Source of the DNA: a bacterium
GTDB lineage: Bacteria; Patescibacteriota; Patescibacteriia; HK-STAS-PATE-3
Reading direction: 5' to 3'
DNA: 64,000 nt
Assembly (NCBI GenBank): GCA_043800725.1
Contig: JAZDMR010000034.1
Span: forward strand, 4,374-68,373
The position numbers were made by a program, and so were the translations under genes. The first letter of the stretch is position 1. Each line of letters starts with the position of its first letter. Positions 46,260 through 57,100 of this stretch are shown here, piece after piece. The notes below the pieces were generated by a model, which was not told where the DNA came from, searched no databases, and saw nothing but the letters and a program-made list of their open reading frames with translations.

Positions 46260-49200
46260 TTATTTCTTATCAGGGCCTGCTCCACTGTCCGGTTTCGGTT
46301 TTTTTTCATCTTCTTTGTCGCCCTTTGCTTTCTCCCCAATTTTTGAAGTGGGTTCGACGGTGGATTCCTGAACCGCGCTTACTAGCTTTCTCAAGAGCAT
46401 ACCGGATTCACGGAAATAATTCTTTTGCGATTGTTCCCCGCCGCCATAAAATTCCCGTCGATTACTTACGGACTGCTTGTTTTTCTTTATTTCTTCGGCC
46501 AGGGATTCAAGTTCTTCTTTTATTTTTGGCTCTTTCATTGACTTAGACAAATCTTCTATACTGTTTGCTATGGAATCCATCTGCCCGCTTACCTGATGCA
46601 GGGCGTTAGTAAGACCTTCTTCGTTCTTGGGCAATGAATCTGAAACTTTTTCTGACTCATCAGCCACTGTCGTTGCTTCGTTAATTATTTTATTATGGAC
46701 TTCAGTCCGCTCTACCTTATGCTCCTCTGGAACCGTAAACTCTGCCTTAACAGCGCCAATCCTTTCGCCCATATGAGCGGAAGATTTTGCCATTTGAACA
46801 TTTTTTACCACCCATTCTTGAGTGCCTTCTTCTTTATTTTTAGGATCTGGCACTAGGTAATCGGCACGATCGGCATTGCCGTGGAATTTATTTCGATACC
46901 ATTTTTGATATGCTATTGGACTAATTTCTTCTAACGCGGTAGCTCGATCGCGTGATTGCGCCTCTCTTATATCACTGGCTTCGTCTAGGGTGATATCATC
47001 GCCGGTTTTAAGCTTGTGCTCTTTTTGAATCCTTTCATGTTCCGCTTTATCCCCTCTATAAAAAGAACCAAATTTCGTAAATACGGCTTCATCATTAGTT
47101 ATATCCCCTTCAACTCCGAGCGTCTGATTTTTAATTCTGACTGCGGTACGGCTGAGTATACGCTCGGTCGCATCTTCTGCCATACTTAACTTCATTCGTC
47201 CAAGAACCGACATATTTTTATAGTCAGTGCTTATCTTGACTTCGCCATCGGTCAAAGAATTATACCTCGGTACTTCGGAGTGCGGGCTGGATTTCTCATA
47301 TACATGCTGAGCGCCCTGTTTTCTGAGTAATGTCATGGATGAAGCGGCAGCTTCGGGCTCGCTCATCACATAAGCAAAGGCTTCTTCTTCGTCATATTTG
47401 CCCCAGCGCTGTTCCACGTGGCCTCCGTTCTCAAGCGATAGCTCTCCCTGTGTTTCTAATTGCATGAGCTTGAACCTATCTTCAGTCCCGGCTTTTCTGG
47501 CATTGTCTCTGGTAGTCTCATTGGCTTTCTTAATGATCGGATCGATTATTGCCAGAGCCTTTTGCTCTTTATCAACATACGCTCTGACAAGCAAATCGTC
47601 CCAATCCTCTTCGGGGTGGATTTTTTTTAGCTCTCTCTGGGCCAATAGGTCGGGATCATATTTTTCTCGATCCAACTTTAAATAATCCATCAGCATAACT
47701 TTCATGTGGTGACCTGTTTCTTCATTATAATGCCGGTGGTCTTCTACGTCCGGATCAAAGCCATGTTGTTCCATAAGCCGTATTATTTCTTCTTCCGTTG
47801 CTTTTTTGTCTTTACCTTTTTTCGTAGCTTTAATCTCTCTTTTGATTTTATCTTGATTCCAGTCGTCAAAATTGCCATGCTTGACCCCGCTGATAAGTCT
47901 TCCTCCGCGATCTTCGATACCCTCATTACCGCCGGTTTTTTCAGCGGCATTCAATGCTTGGACAATTTTTTCCGTAGTCGGGTTCGACCCGAGAATTTTT
48001 TCACTTTCAGCATGATTGGTCATAAGCAAGTTCCTTCGGAATATTTCTTCATAGTCGGTGACCGAGCTTTTAGGTAAGTGGCCGAGGAACCGCTTATGAA
48101 AAGCGTCAATCCTTGTGCGTCCTTTAGCTTTCATCCAATCTTTAGTAATTTGTCCTCGTTCTTCGCCTCTGGCTTTTACTCCGCCCCAGAATTCCTTGGT
48201 CAGGTAGCTTAGCGGCATGGATTTGCCAATTTTAATTCCTTCCACGGCTTTTCGTCCGATAGCCCCGCCAGCCATTTTGACTCCGCCCCGAGCCGCACGC
48301 ATAGCCAGACGCGCTCCGGCCACGCCGCTCAATACGCCCGCGGCAGTTAACCCGCCGGTGCGGATCTTTTGCGACCAGTCGCCGGCGATCTTGCTGCCGG
48401 CCACGCCCAACTGCTGAGCCGCCTGAAGCGAGCCTAAGAGCAAGCCGATGGTAATCATATAGGTTAATAAGCGATCGGATTCACTAATCTTGCTTATGGC
48501 GGCTGACATGTTCATTGCGGTACCGCCGCCTGTGCCATAAACTTGCCCGATCACGGCTGAACCCTCGCGCTTACTTACCTCTTTGAACTCATACCTGGCA
48601 TCTGCCCCGGTAACTGAAATAATCGTCATTGACAGCCATAAAAAGAAAGCCATAACCGGACCGACCATAATATATTTATTAAATTCCCCCCACCACTGAT
48701 CTGAATACTTGGCCGTATTGGGAAAAACTCTGGTTAAAAAAGCTAAAGGCGAAAAAACAATTAACAGCCAAAGCATTATTACTCGGAAAATTAATGTTAT
48801 GGTCATAATCACGACCACAATCACGGCAATCATCAGCAGGGCGATCGCCAGCAGTACGGCAATGTATATCCCTGTTCCACTTACATCGCCGACTGAAGGA
48901 TTATCGGCCAAAGTAAGCATATTAGACATGCCTAAACCGGAAGCCAGGTTGCCGGCCGCCGCATCTTTGAAGCCGTTAACAAAAGTCAGCATGATCACCT
49001 GGCCTATATCAATCCAGAATCCGGCAATAAATTTGGAAAAGTTGATTAAAAAAGCGTAAATAATCAGCTTGCCCAGCAAGCGATTGTAGCGGTACTGCTC
49101 CAGCTTAAAAATCGTGCCAAAAGCGATAATCAGCAAAAACACAATAAAGAACATATTGCATAAGTCGCGAACAATCACCCAGCCTTTGACCACGGCAACG

Positions 49201-49457
49201 GCATTTATAAAATCATTATATTGAGCAACGGCAATCAGAATATTAACAATTATTATAAACAAATTGGCTAACATTTGGACTATCGGGTAGAGTATTCCAT
49301 TGATAAACCAATTCGTAACTGTATCCCCTGGCCCTGCCAAAACACTGCTCTGAGGAAACAGCAGCATACAGACAGCCAAACCGCAGGCCATAATCAGGCC
49401 AACCTGGGTAGGACGATGTTTTTTTATTAATTTTCCAATTCTTGCGAAGTTCTGCAT
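46260..49457 (-). CDS. VirB6/TrbL-like polytopic membrane protein (1065 aa) with a ~650-aa charged, coiled-coil-rich C-terminal extension.
   Basis: N-terminal ~400 aa carry 6-8 TM helices with TrbL/VirB6-like spacing. The remainder is strongly K/E/D-rich. Confidence 0.55.
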   Translation of the reverse strand: MQNFARIGKLIKKHRPTQVGLIMACGLAVCMLLFPQSSVLAGPGDTVTNWFINGILYPIVQMLANLFIIIVNILIAVAQYNDFINAVAVVKGWVIVRDLCNMFFIVFLLIIAFGTIFKLEQYRYNRLLGKLIIYAFLINFSKFIAGFWIDIGQVIMLTFVNGFKDAAAGNLASGLGMSNMLTLADNPSVGDVSGTGIYIAVLLAIALLMIAVIVVVIMTITLIFRVIMLWLLIVFSPLAFLTRVFPNTAKYSDQWWGEFNKYIMVGPVMAFFLWLSMTIISVTGADARYEFKEVSKREGSAVIGQVYGTGGGTAMNMSAAISKISESDRLLTYMITIGLLLGSLQAAQQLGVAGSKIAGDWSQKIRTGGLTAAGVLSGVAGARLAMRAARGGVKMAGGAIGRKAVEGIKIGKSMPLSYLTKEFWGGVKARGEERGQITKDWMKAKGRTRIDAFHKRFLGHLPKSSVTDYEEIFRRNLLMTNHAESEKILGSNPTTEKIVQALNAAEKTGGNEGIEDRGGRLISGVKHGNFDDWNQDKIKREIKATKKGKDKKATEEEIIRLMEQHGFDPDVEDHRHYNEETGHHMKVMLMDYLKLDREKYDPDLLAQRELKKIHPEEDWDDLLVRAYVDKEQKALAIIDPIIKKANETTRDNARKAGTEDRFKLMQLETQGELSLENGGHVEQRWGKYDEEEAFAYVMSEPEAAASSMTLLRKQGAQHVYEKSSPHSEVPRYNSLTDGEVKISTDYKNMSVLGRMKLSMAEDATERILSRTAVRIKNQTLGVEGDITNDEAVFTKFGSFYRGDKAEHERIQKEHKLKTGDDITLDEASDIREAQSRDRATALEEISPIAYQKWYRNKFHGNADRADYLVPDPKNKEEGTQEWVVKNVQMAKSSAHMGERIGAVKAEFTVPEEHKVERTEVHNKIINEATTVADESEKVSDSLPKNEEGLTNALHQVSGQMDSIANSIEDLSKSMKEPKIKEELESLAEEIKKNKQSVSNRREFYGGGEQSQKNYFRESGMLLRKLVSAVQESTVEPTSKIGEKAKGDKEDEKKPKPDSGAGPDKK

Positions 49458-49466
49458 TATTATTTA

Positions 49467-52400
49467 TTAGGTGCCTAAAGGCTGTACTCTGACCTCAATG
49501 GGCGATCGGTAGTCAGAATTTTTCCAAGAAGGCGGGAAAGCCTGTAAACCGGCTCCGCAGTTAAAGTTTGAATAAATATCCGAATCAACACAAATACTAA
49601 ACCTGGGCTCGCACACCTGGCCAATCGGACAAGCATCTGACGTGCAATCCGCGCCTGATTCAAATGCGTCCGGTACTGCGTTGCACCAGCCCCAATTGTC
49701 CTCTACCACTATTCTGGGCTGGAACACGCAGGTATCGGTACTGACATCACGACATGGATAGCTCCGATCTGCGGGTATGGTTGAACATGTACCACCCGGG
49801 CAATCATCTTGAGACGTACAAACGTTTCCATTATTTGTTCCATTTTTGCAAAGCGTTTTACAAAAAGCAAGATCATCCCGGTAGCTGGTGTTGCAGAAAT
49901 AGCGATGGCTTAAGACATGGGGCGAGGCTGGATCGGCTTTTGGCGCATAGGGAAAGTAGATTGATTGCTGGTCTGTTTCATCCCAATTAATTAGAATTGA
50001 ACTCAACGGCTGCTGCTCCGTATCGGCCGTGGTATTGAACTTAAGCGTTACCCAGCTGCCATCTCGAATATCAGCTGTTTGCTGATCATTAACAGCTATG
50101 CCAAAAACATTGGGCCGGACTCCGCAATAGTCGGCTTCTGCCGCATTTGTATTGCGACTGCCGCGCTGATGTTCGATAGCGCATGAATCGCCGCTGCAAT
50201 TTCCACTTACAATGCAGGCCATGTTTGAGGTCTGGCAAGTTTTACACATAATATCCGGCGGTTCCCAATTATTAGTCCCGCTTACTTCATTGGTACTTAT
50301 AGGCTGGGACTGGTATTTTCCCAGCTCTGGATTCCATGTCCAGAAACCATAGCTCTGGGCAAACAGCCTTTGTACGTTATCCACTCCGATGCCCAAATCG
50401 TCATACCCTGCAGTGATACCTCCGCCACATTTATCTCCCTCAATATAAGTGCCGCATAACAGATCGCCCGTGTCTTCATCGCCACAATCCCCATCATCAC
50501 TGCAGTAGCACCAGGCTCCGGATATCTCACACTGCCACTTGTCGCGATAATTGTATACTTGAGCGCCTTTATTGCTGAGAGCCCCGCCAATACAAATGTC
50601 ATCCGGATTGGTAGCTGAACAGCAATCTTCAATGTTGCCGGTCGGACATGTATTAGCAGTAAAGTCATAATTTGCCGAACAGCCTTTCAACGAAATAGAA
50701 CAGGTCCCAACACCGCTACACACGCCTTGCTGGCCGTCTGAAGACTTGCAATCACTGGCTAAGCGACATATTTTGCCGTCTTTGACTCCCCCGCCAATAC
50801 AAATCCTTTCAGAGCAATCTCCTTTGCAGGCTGCTGGCAACCCTGCTCGCGTTTGATAGGGAAAAGTGAATAATTCATTGTCGCGCGGCGCTTCGATAAA
50901 CAGCAGCTCGTTCCAAGTGTCTGTATCGCTTGATAGGGTAACCGAACCGCCAAACGGCGACAGGTCAGAGGTCCTTGTATAGTTTGATACTCTGGTCTGA
51001 TATCCGCTACCGATTGATAAGCGTCCGGACCAGGCTTTGTTAGTTCCGTCATCGTTAACAACTTTAACTATCTTATTGCATCTTTCTCTTAATACATACT
51101 CAACTCGAGCCACCATTCCACCATTGGCACCTGATTCATCGCAGCCGTATAATTGATAGCCTTGAAGAATTCCATTGGCATTAAAATCAGCCCTGACATC
51201 AAATTCATTATTACCATAAGCAAACGTAGCAGAGTTATGCCAGCCATTTGATTCATCCAGGACAATGGGACCGAATTCCCAGTCACCATGAGTCCATTCT
51301 ATGGCTCTTATTACTATCATAGATATTTCATTTTTCTCATATTGATCTGCTATCTCAACCGGATAATAACCATCATCATTTGGTCCGCCAAAGGGACCGT
51401 CACCATTACATGAACCAAACAAAGCATTTTCATTACACCCATATATTAAACTTTCTGATCTGCCTTCCGCGCTGGCGTCATAACCGTAAATCAAGCAACA
51501 TCCTGGTTCATTCTGGATATACCCCTCCATGGTAGTTCTGCCCAATTTAACTCCTTCAACTTCAAATGAATACTGTTCCCATTCACAAGGCGTACAACGG
51601 TTTTGATTAAGATCGGCTTTACATCGATATCGAGCGGTGTCCACTTGATCGCCTCCCATTACCCCTTCAGCCTCCATACAGAAATACAAAGGCGTCCGGT
51701 CGTTATAACCCGCTTGGACTTCCGATCCGAAGGTGCCGAAAATATCCGTTTCTCCGCCGATAATGTCAACCGGCCACCAGGAAATGCATCGATCAGTGAA
51801 CTTGGAATCTTTTTCCAGGCAGTATCCGTACCAGCCTTTGTATTGAATGCCGGATTCATCTCGGTATTCGCACAACAAAGAGTCTTCTCGGGGAAATAGC
51901 CGGCAGGACCGGTTTACATATTCGACAATCGGATTTTCATTGGATCCGCCTATTCTTTGAACTCCTAAAACGATTCTGATAGACACGTCATCAATAAAGA
52001 ACGGCTCCGTACTGCCACCGGTTCTGACAAACTGCAAGCTAGCCGTACCGCCCGAAGCTTTGATTGGCTTGGTTATTACGGTCTGCCAGCCGGTAGTCAG
52101 TATTAAATTTTTATCATAATATTGAGAGCCATCCGGTGAGAATAAGCGGGGCCGGACTTCCTGGTTGTCAGGAGTTGATGATTTTATTTTAAATGAAAGA
52201 TAATACTTGGCATTTTCCAGGGTAGAAAAGGATACCAGGGGAGCTTGCGCTCCAGAATAGGCGTCCAACAAGCAAGTGCCTCCTCCTAAACAGGCGGCGT
52301 TGCTGCTACATAAATCGCCTGAATTGGTGCCTCCCTCGCAAACCGGCTGTGAATCAGTCGGATCTATCTTTAAAATATGATTCGGGCTGTTTTGATTTGA

Positions 52401-54113
52401 GGGATCCTCGGCAATCACCATTATTACCGGAGAGGTATTGTCTGATCCGCGCCGTCCAATTGCTTTCCAGGGTTTAGCGGTATATTCAGTTCTGGTCTTC
52501 TGAGTACCGTCCTCGTTAACAGTGGTAATCGCTTCCCTCTGCTCAAAATTTTCATTGCCAATGTTCACGACTGAACCTTCCTGGGGCATATAAAACCAAG
52601 GGAAGTTGCCTTCATAAGAGCCGCTTGGCCATAAATCATTGGGGATATGGCCGGTAGTCCAAGTCAAGCCGACATTAATCGCACCGCTTAAGTAGCGGAT
52701 CTTCTGGATATCATCAGGCGTCTGATAAGTAACATTGGGCGGATAAAAATTAACGCAGGTGCCTAAATCGGGCGCGCATTGATCATTATTGGTACACGGT
52801 TTAAAATCAAATATTCCATCATCTTCTTCCGGGGAACTGCACCACTTACCCGATGTGGGATAGCAAAGCGGGACATCGCAATCAGCTCCGCTTTCGCAGA
52901 AGCGCAAAGGATCGCCGGCGCAATATTTGCCAAACAGCGGCTTGGAGCAGTTGCCGTCAGGACCCAGGGCGGCACAGGCCGACATGTCATAGCATAGTGA
53001 TTCAGTCTGCTTGGTTACCGGATTTTTCACTTCTGTTTGGGTGCGGCAGGTCATCCATTTATTGCAGACGCGGTCTTTTTGGACTTTCAGTACAGTGTTA
53101 GCGTTGCACTTGATCCAGCTCACATAGCAGCCCGGACCGGCCGGCTCCATAAACACTCCGTCTTCATTATAGCAGCTGGGGGGATTGCACTGATAAGCGC
53201 TTATGCCTGAAGTCGGATCGTCTGTACAGGCCCCGCCGTTCCGGCAAGTCTCACCTACCTGGCATTCATAGCCGCATAATTCACAATTCAGCGTTAATCC
53301 TCCGGGCCCGCAATAATAGCCATACTCATTGCATTGATTTATGGGCGTACCGTCTTCTAGGCATACGCCAGGAGTAAAAGTATGATCTTCAAAAGTATTT
53401 CCAGTCTTGAAAGACAGAGGACCATAACTGGCCAAGTTGTTCTCAATGTCAGTCAGCTCAATGGTATAGCCATAAATACTGGAGGCTTGTAAGGACGGCG
53501 CGCCCGGACCAAAGTCAGCCGGATATGGGACACTAAAAGACTGGCCGAAAACTTCGCCCGAATCCGCAGAAAAACCGTCTCCGAGCAAGCCTGGCGCAAC
53601 GATTGTGATAACATATTTGGCATCTTCATTGGTGGCAAAGTTAAACATAGCTGAACAGCAGTTATTATTTACACTCAAATCAATGATCCTGGGCGGATTA
53701 TCATCAGAACCCCCTCCGGCTGGCGTCCAAAACTGAAGTACCGGCCCCCAAGTGCGTTCTGATTCGTCCTCTGAATCCAGCTTGGAACCTACCCGGTATT
53801 CATAGGGCGTGTTGGGGATAAGGGGCTCCATGGGCAGACTATGATTTATCACTAAATCAATTGATGATACGACTTCATTCAAACCAAAACCCAAAATACC
53901 ATAGCGGACCTTGGAGTCAGCGGCTTGGTCCGTGGTCCAGGCAGTAACAGCCCTCTCCGAGGTCCTCTCGATAATTCTGATATCCGAAAGATTGACCACG
54001 CCAGCCAAGGCCTGTTGCCCGCCGCTGATCAAAATAACCGCCACAGCAACCGCAAACAAGCTGGCTAATTTCCAGTTTTTTTTCTTCCGTATTGTCCGCT
54101 TTTTTTTCTTCAT
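49467..54113 (-). CDS. Giant secreted Cys-rich protein (1548 aa) with an N-terminal FN3 (PAP-N-like) domain.
   Basis: Signal peptide (LASLFAVAVAVILISGGQQALA). FN3 pattern VTAWTTDQAADSKVRYG...PYEYRV. Dozens of Cys residues in CxxC and CxxxxC arrangements. It starts 10 nt before the VirB6-like gene. Confidence 0.7.
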   Translation of the reverse strand: MKKKKRTIRKKKNWKLASLFAVAVAVILISGGQQALAGVVNLSDIRIIERTSERAVTAWTTDQAADSKVRYGILGFGLNEVVSSIDLVINHSLPMEPLIPNTPYEYRVGSKLDSEDESERTWGPVLQFWTPAGGGSDDNPPRIIDLSVNNNCCSAMFNFATNEDAKYVITIVAPGLLGDGFSADSGEVFGQSFSVPYPADFGPGAPSLQASSIYGYTIELTDIENNLASYGPLSFKTGNTFEDHTFTPGVCLEDGTPINQCNEYGYYCGPGGLTLNCELCGYECQVGETCRNGGACTDDPTSGISAYQCNPPSCYNEDGVFMEPAGPGCYVSWIKCNANTVLKVQKDRVCNKWMTCRTQTEVKNPVTKQTESLCYDMSACAALGPDGNCSKPLFGKYCAGDPLRFCESGADCDVPLCYPTSGKWCSSPEEDDGIFDFKPCTNNDQCAPDLGTCVNFYPPNVTYQTPDDIQKIRYLSGAINVGLTWTTGHIPNDLWPSGSYEGNFPWFYMPQEGSVVNIGNENFEQREAITTVNEDGTQKTRTEYTAKPWKAIGRRGSDNTSPVIMVIAEDPSNQNSPNHILKIDPTDSQPVCEGGTNSGDLCSSNAACLGGGTCLLDAYSGAQAPLVSFSTLENAKYYLSFKIKSSTPDNQEVRPRLFSPDGSQYYDKNLILTTGWQTVITKPIKASGGTASLQFVRTGGSTEPFFIDDVSIRIVLGVQRIGGSNENPIVEYVNRSCRLFPREDSLLCEYRDESGIQYKGWYGYCLEKDSKFTDRCISWWPVDIIGGETDIFGTFGSEVQAGYNDRTPLYFCMEAEGVMGGDQVDTARYRCKADLNQNRCTPCEWEQYSFEVEGVKLGRTTMEGYIQNEPGCCLIYGYDASAEGRSESLIYGCNENALFGSCNGDGPFGGPNDDGYYPVEIADQYEKNEISMIVIRAIEWTHGDWEFGPIVLDESNGWHNSATFAYGNNEFDVRADFNANGILQGYQLYGCDESGANGGMVARVEYVLRERCNKIVKVVNDDGTNKAWSGRLSIGSGYQTRVSNYTRTSDLSPFGGSVTLSSDTDTWNELLFIEAPRDNELFTFPYQTRAGLPAACKGDCSERICIGGGVKDGKICRLASDCKSSDGQQGVCSGVGTCSISLKGCSANYDFTANTCPTGNIEDCCSATNPDDICIGGALSNKGAQVYNYRDKWQCEISGAWCYCSDDGDCGDEDTGDLLCGTYIEGDKCGGGITAGYDDLGIGVDNVQRLFAQSYGFWTWNPELGKYQSQPISTNEVSGTNNWEPPDIMCKTCQTSNMACIVSGNCSGDSCAIEHQRGSRNTNAAEADYCGVRPNVFGIAVNDQQTADIRDGSWVTLKFNTTADTEQQPLSSILINWDETDQQSIYFPYAPKADPASPHVLSHRYFCNTSYRDDLAFCKTLCKNGTNNGNVCTSQDDCPGGTCSTIPADRSYPCRDVSTDTCVFQPRIVVEDNWGWCNAVPDAFESGADCTSDACPIGQVCEPRFSICVDSDIYSNFNCGAGLQAFPPSWKNSDYRSPIEVRVQPLGT

Positions 54114-54198
54114 AACTGACTAATAATTATACCTTATTTATCACCCAACCAATAACTTTTTAATTTTTAATTCGTGATTACTATTGGGCAGTTATTTC

Positions 54199-57100
54199 CT
54201 AGCCCCCGCACTGTCCGCAGTTCAAGCCCGCATCACACGACTCGGCCATGAAATGGTAGGTCTGGCCGGATTCTAGAGGATCATCAGAACCACCGATAGT
54301 GATCGCGTGCTCAGTTACGGGCGTGTTTTCAATCTTCGCCTGGCAGTAGTAGCACAGGGGACCCATCTGGCCGTTGGCGCAGTAGCCGTTGCCAATACAT
54401 TTGCCACAGGTACCGAGCGCAGTGCCTTCATAGCAATAGTAAATCCTGGAATCAGACGCTTCATTGGTCGCCCAGGTCATAGTGGCCCAGTTACTGCCCC
54501 ACTGATACTCCAATCCGGTACAGATCGGGGCGGTCGAGTCGTTCAGGACATTAATGGTAATGCTGTCTTGGCCTGGGTTTTGAGAGGTATCTTTGGCAAT
54601 GGCGGTTAAAGTGTGGTTGCCGTTGCTGACCGAGCTGGTGTTCCAGCTCTGTTCGCAATAATAAGGCGCGCAGCCGGGCGGATTGGTATCGGTGCTGATG
54701 GAAGTGCCGTCAACCAGGAATTGGACATCGACAATGCCCACGTTATCAAAAGCTGTTACTTTGAGAGGAATGGTGCCGGAAACTGTTTGTCCGTCAGTGG
54801 GGTCAAACCAGCTGACTTCCGGAAACTCATTGTCGTCAAATGACTCGGTATGACAGACGCCCGGGGGTATGGGAAAGCGGCCGGTGCAATTACCTGATTG
54901 GTCGCAAGACTCTACCTGGTAATAGTAGTCTGCGCCTTCTTGCAGTCCGGACTTGGTAACCAAGTGGTTAATTATATACCCATCTCCTTCGACCTCGGTG
55001 CTGCCGGGAGGCGAAGTTGTGCCATAGTAGAGAGTGCCGTCAGCCGGCTCATCCGTGGTCCAGTTTACTGTGATACTGCCTACGCCGGGCAAGCAAACTA
55101 CTGAGGCCGGATCAATGACTGGCGGATCATTGTCAGTGTCACAGCCTACGACTTTGAAATTTATTTGAGCTTCGCGGTAGTCGTCCGGAGGACCGACAAC
55201 CTGGTCATCCCGCCCTTTGGCGTCAGCTTCGTATTGCTTACACTCGGCAGATCCGCCTGCCAAGACAACCACATTAACGTCAACCGTGCCATCCGGCGGC
55301 GGAGTAACGGTAATTATATCCGAATCATTATCAACAAACCACACGATCACTCCTTGCCACTCATTAGGATAATTCGGAAACATATCTTCGATCGTCATGC
55401 GCACCGGTTCATTAAAGCCATTAATCGAACGGACTTGAACGTCCCAAATACGGCTGCCGCCCTGACTTATATTATAGTATATCCAATCACTGTCAGAGTG
55501 GAATACTTCAAAATCCGGCTGCGGCTCTTCTTCTATTATCAATTCAACAGTGGCAAAATGCGTTTGAGTTAATGGGAGGTCAGTTCCCACGCCTTTAAAG
55601 GTTAGAGTGTAAGTATCCGGCGGCGCGTCTGCAGAAATATTAATAGTCACAACCCGATCAGTTCCGGGATTTGGACTGGGTGTGATATTATTGGGCAGAC
55701 TGGCCGTGGTAATTTTATCTGACTGGTCGCCTTCATCGTCTCCCCAGACTTGGTCTAAGGTTACGTTCACGGGCCAGTTATAAACCGGGATTGTTTCACG
55801 CAAAGTAAGGGTATAATCGACCGAGCCGCCCAGCTCGCCTTCTTGAGAAAGCGGATTTGCCAGAATTTCATAATCAGGGGAATCGCCAACCACCAGCGTA
55901 AGATTAATATAGCGGGTTCGATTCCAGCTCCCGTCCTGGCCCGAGGCCTTCACTTGTATGGTATAGGTGCCTATGGCCAAGCTGGCATTAGTGGTAACTG
56001 TCAGGGTCGAATCGCCCGAACCGTAAGGCGACGCTTTCAGGCTGGCTGTAGAAAAATTTAAGCTGGTGATATTGCCGCCATGATTCGGAATGATTGAATT
56101 GATGGACAGATTAATGTCGAAATTGTACACAGGAGTCGTTTCCTGGAGATGAAGCGGATAAGTTGCGCCACTGCCCGGCTGAATTGTTTCCTGTGAATCA
56201 GCTGAACTGATCGCGAAATCCGGCCCATCAGCAACAATCAATTGAAAGTAAACCACTTGATAAGTACTGGTTCCGATCTTATTGGCGCGCGCGCTTAAAT
56301 CATAGGTATCGCTGACCAGATTGGCCGTATTGATATTCAATGTCAGATTCTGTCCTGGTGCGGACGGAGGAACAAACTGATTGTCGTCTGCCCAGCTAAA
56401 ACGAGTCGCTGGAATGTTGTCACGAGCATACCGTTCGGCCAATACTTCAGAGCTCCAATTATTAAACCCTGTCAGGTTAAACGTGAATTGTGCTTGTTCT
56501 CCTTCATATACAGTCAGGGGCGAATCAGACACTAAAGAAAACTCATAGTAAGGCGCCTCATATATTAGAGTAATGGCATCATAACCATAAAGCCCAATAT
56601 TATCTTTTGCTCGTGCTTCAATAATATTTTCTCCGGGCTGAAGAGGTATTGATGGTCTTGACCAGGTAGCAGTACCCGAAGCTAATAACCAAGTTCCATT
56701 ATTCACGCGAACGTGAACCTGTGAAATACTGCCGTCCGGATCCGAAGCCGTGCCCGAGATTGTAACACTGTCGTTATCCACGATCTCTCCGTCTTCATGG
56801 GAGGTAATATTAATGGTAGGCGGCTGGCCCCGATTGACCACAATCTGCTTAAAGCCCACAAAGCCCGTGGCATCCTCCGCCTCGACCCGGATAGTATTCC
56901 CGCCCACATCCAAAGAAATGGTTTTTGGCCCCCAGCCGACGTTCTGGCTCGAGGTAATATCAATAGGTTGCCAGGCTCCGCCATTAACCTGAACCCGCAT
57001 AGGGTTGTCGATATTATTGTCAGCATCCGTGGCCGTACCGCTCAGATTGATGGTATCCGTATCCACTTGCTGGCCGTTGGTATGGCTGATGATATTCACG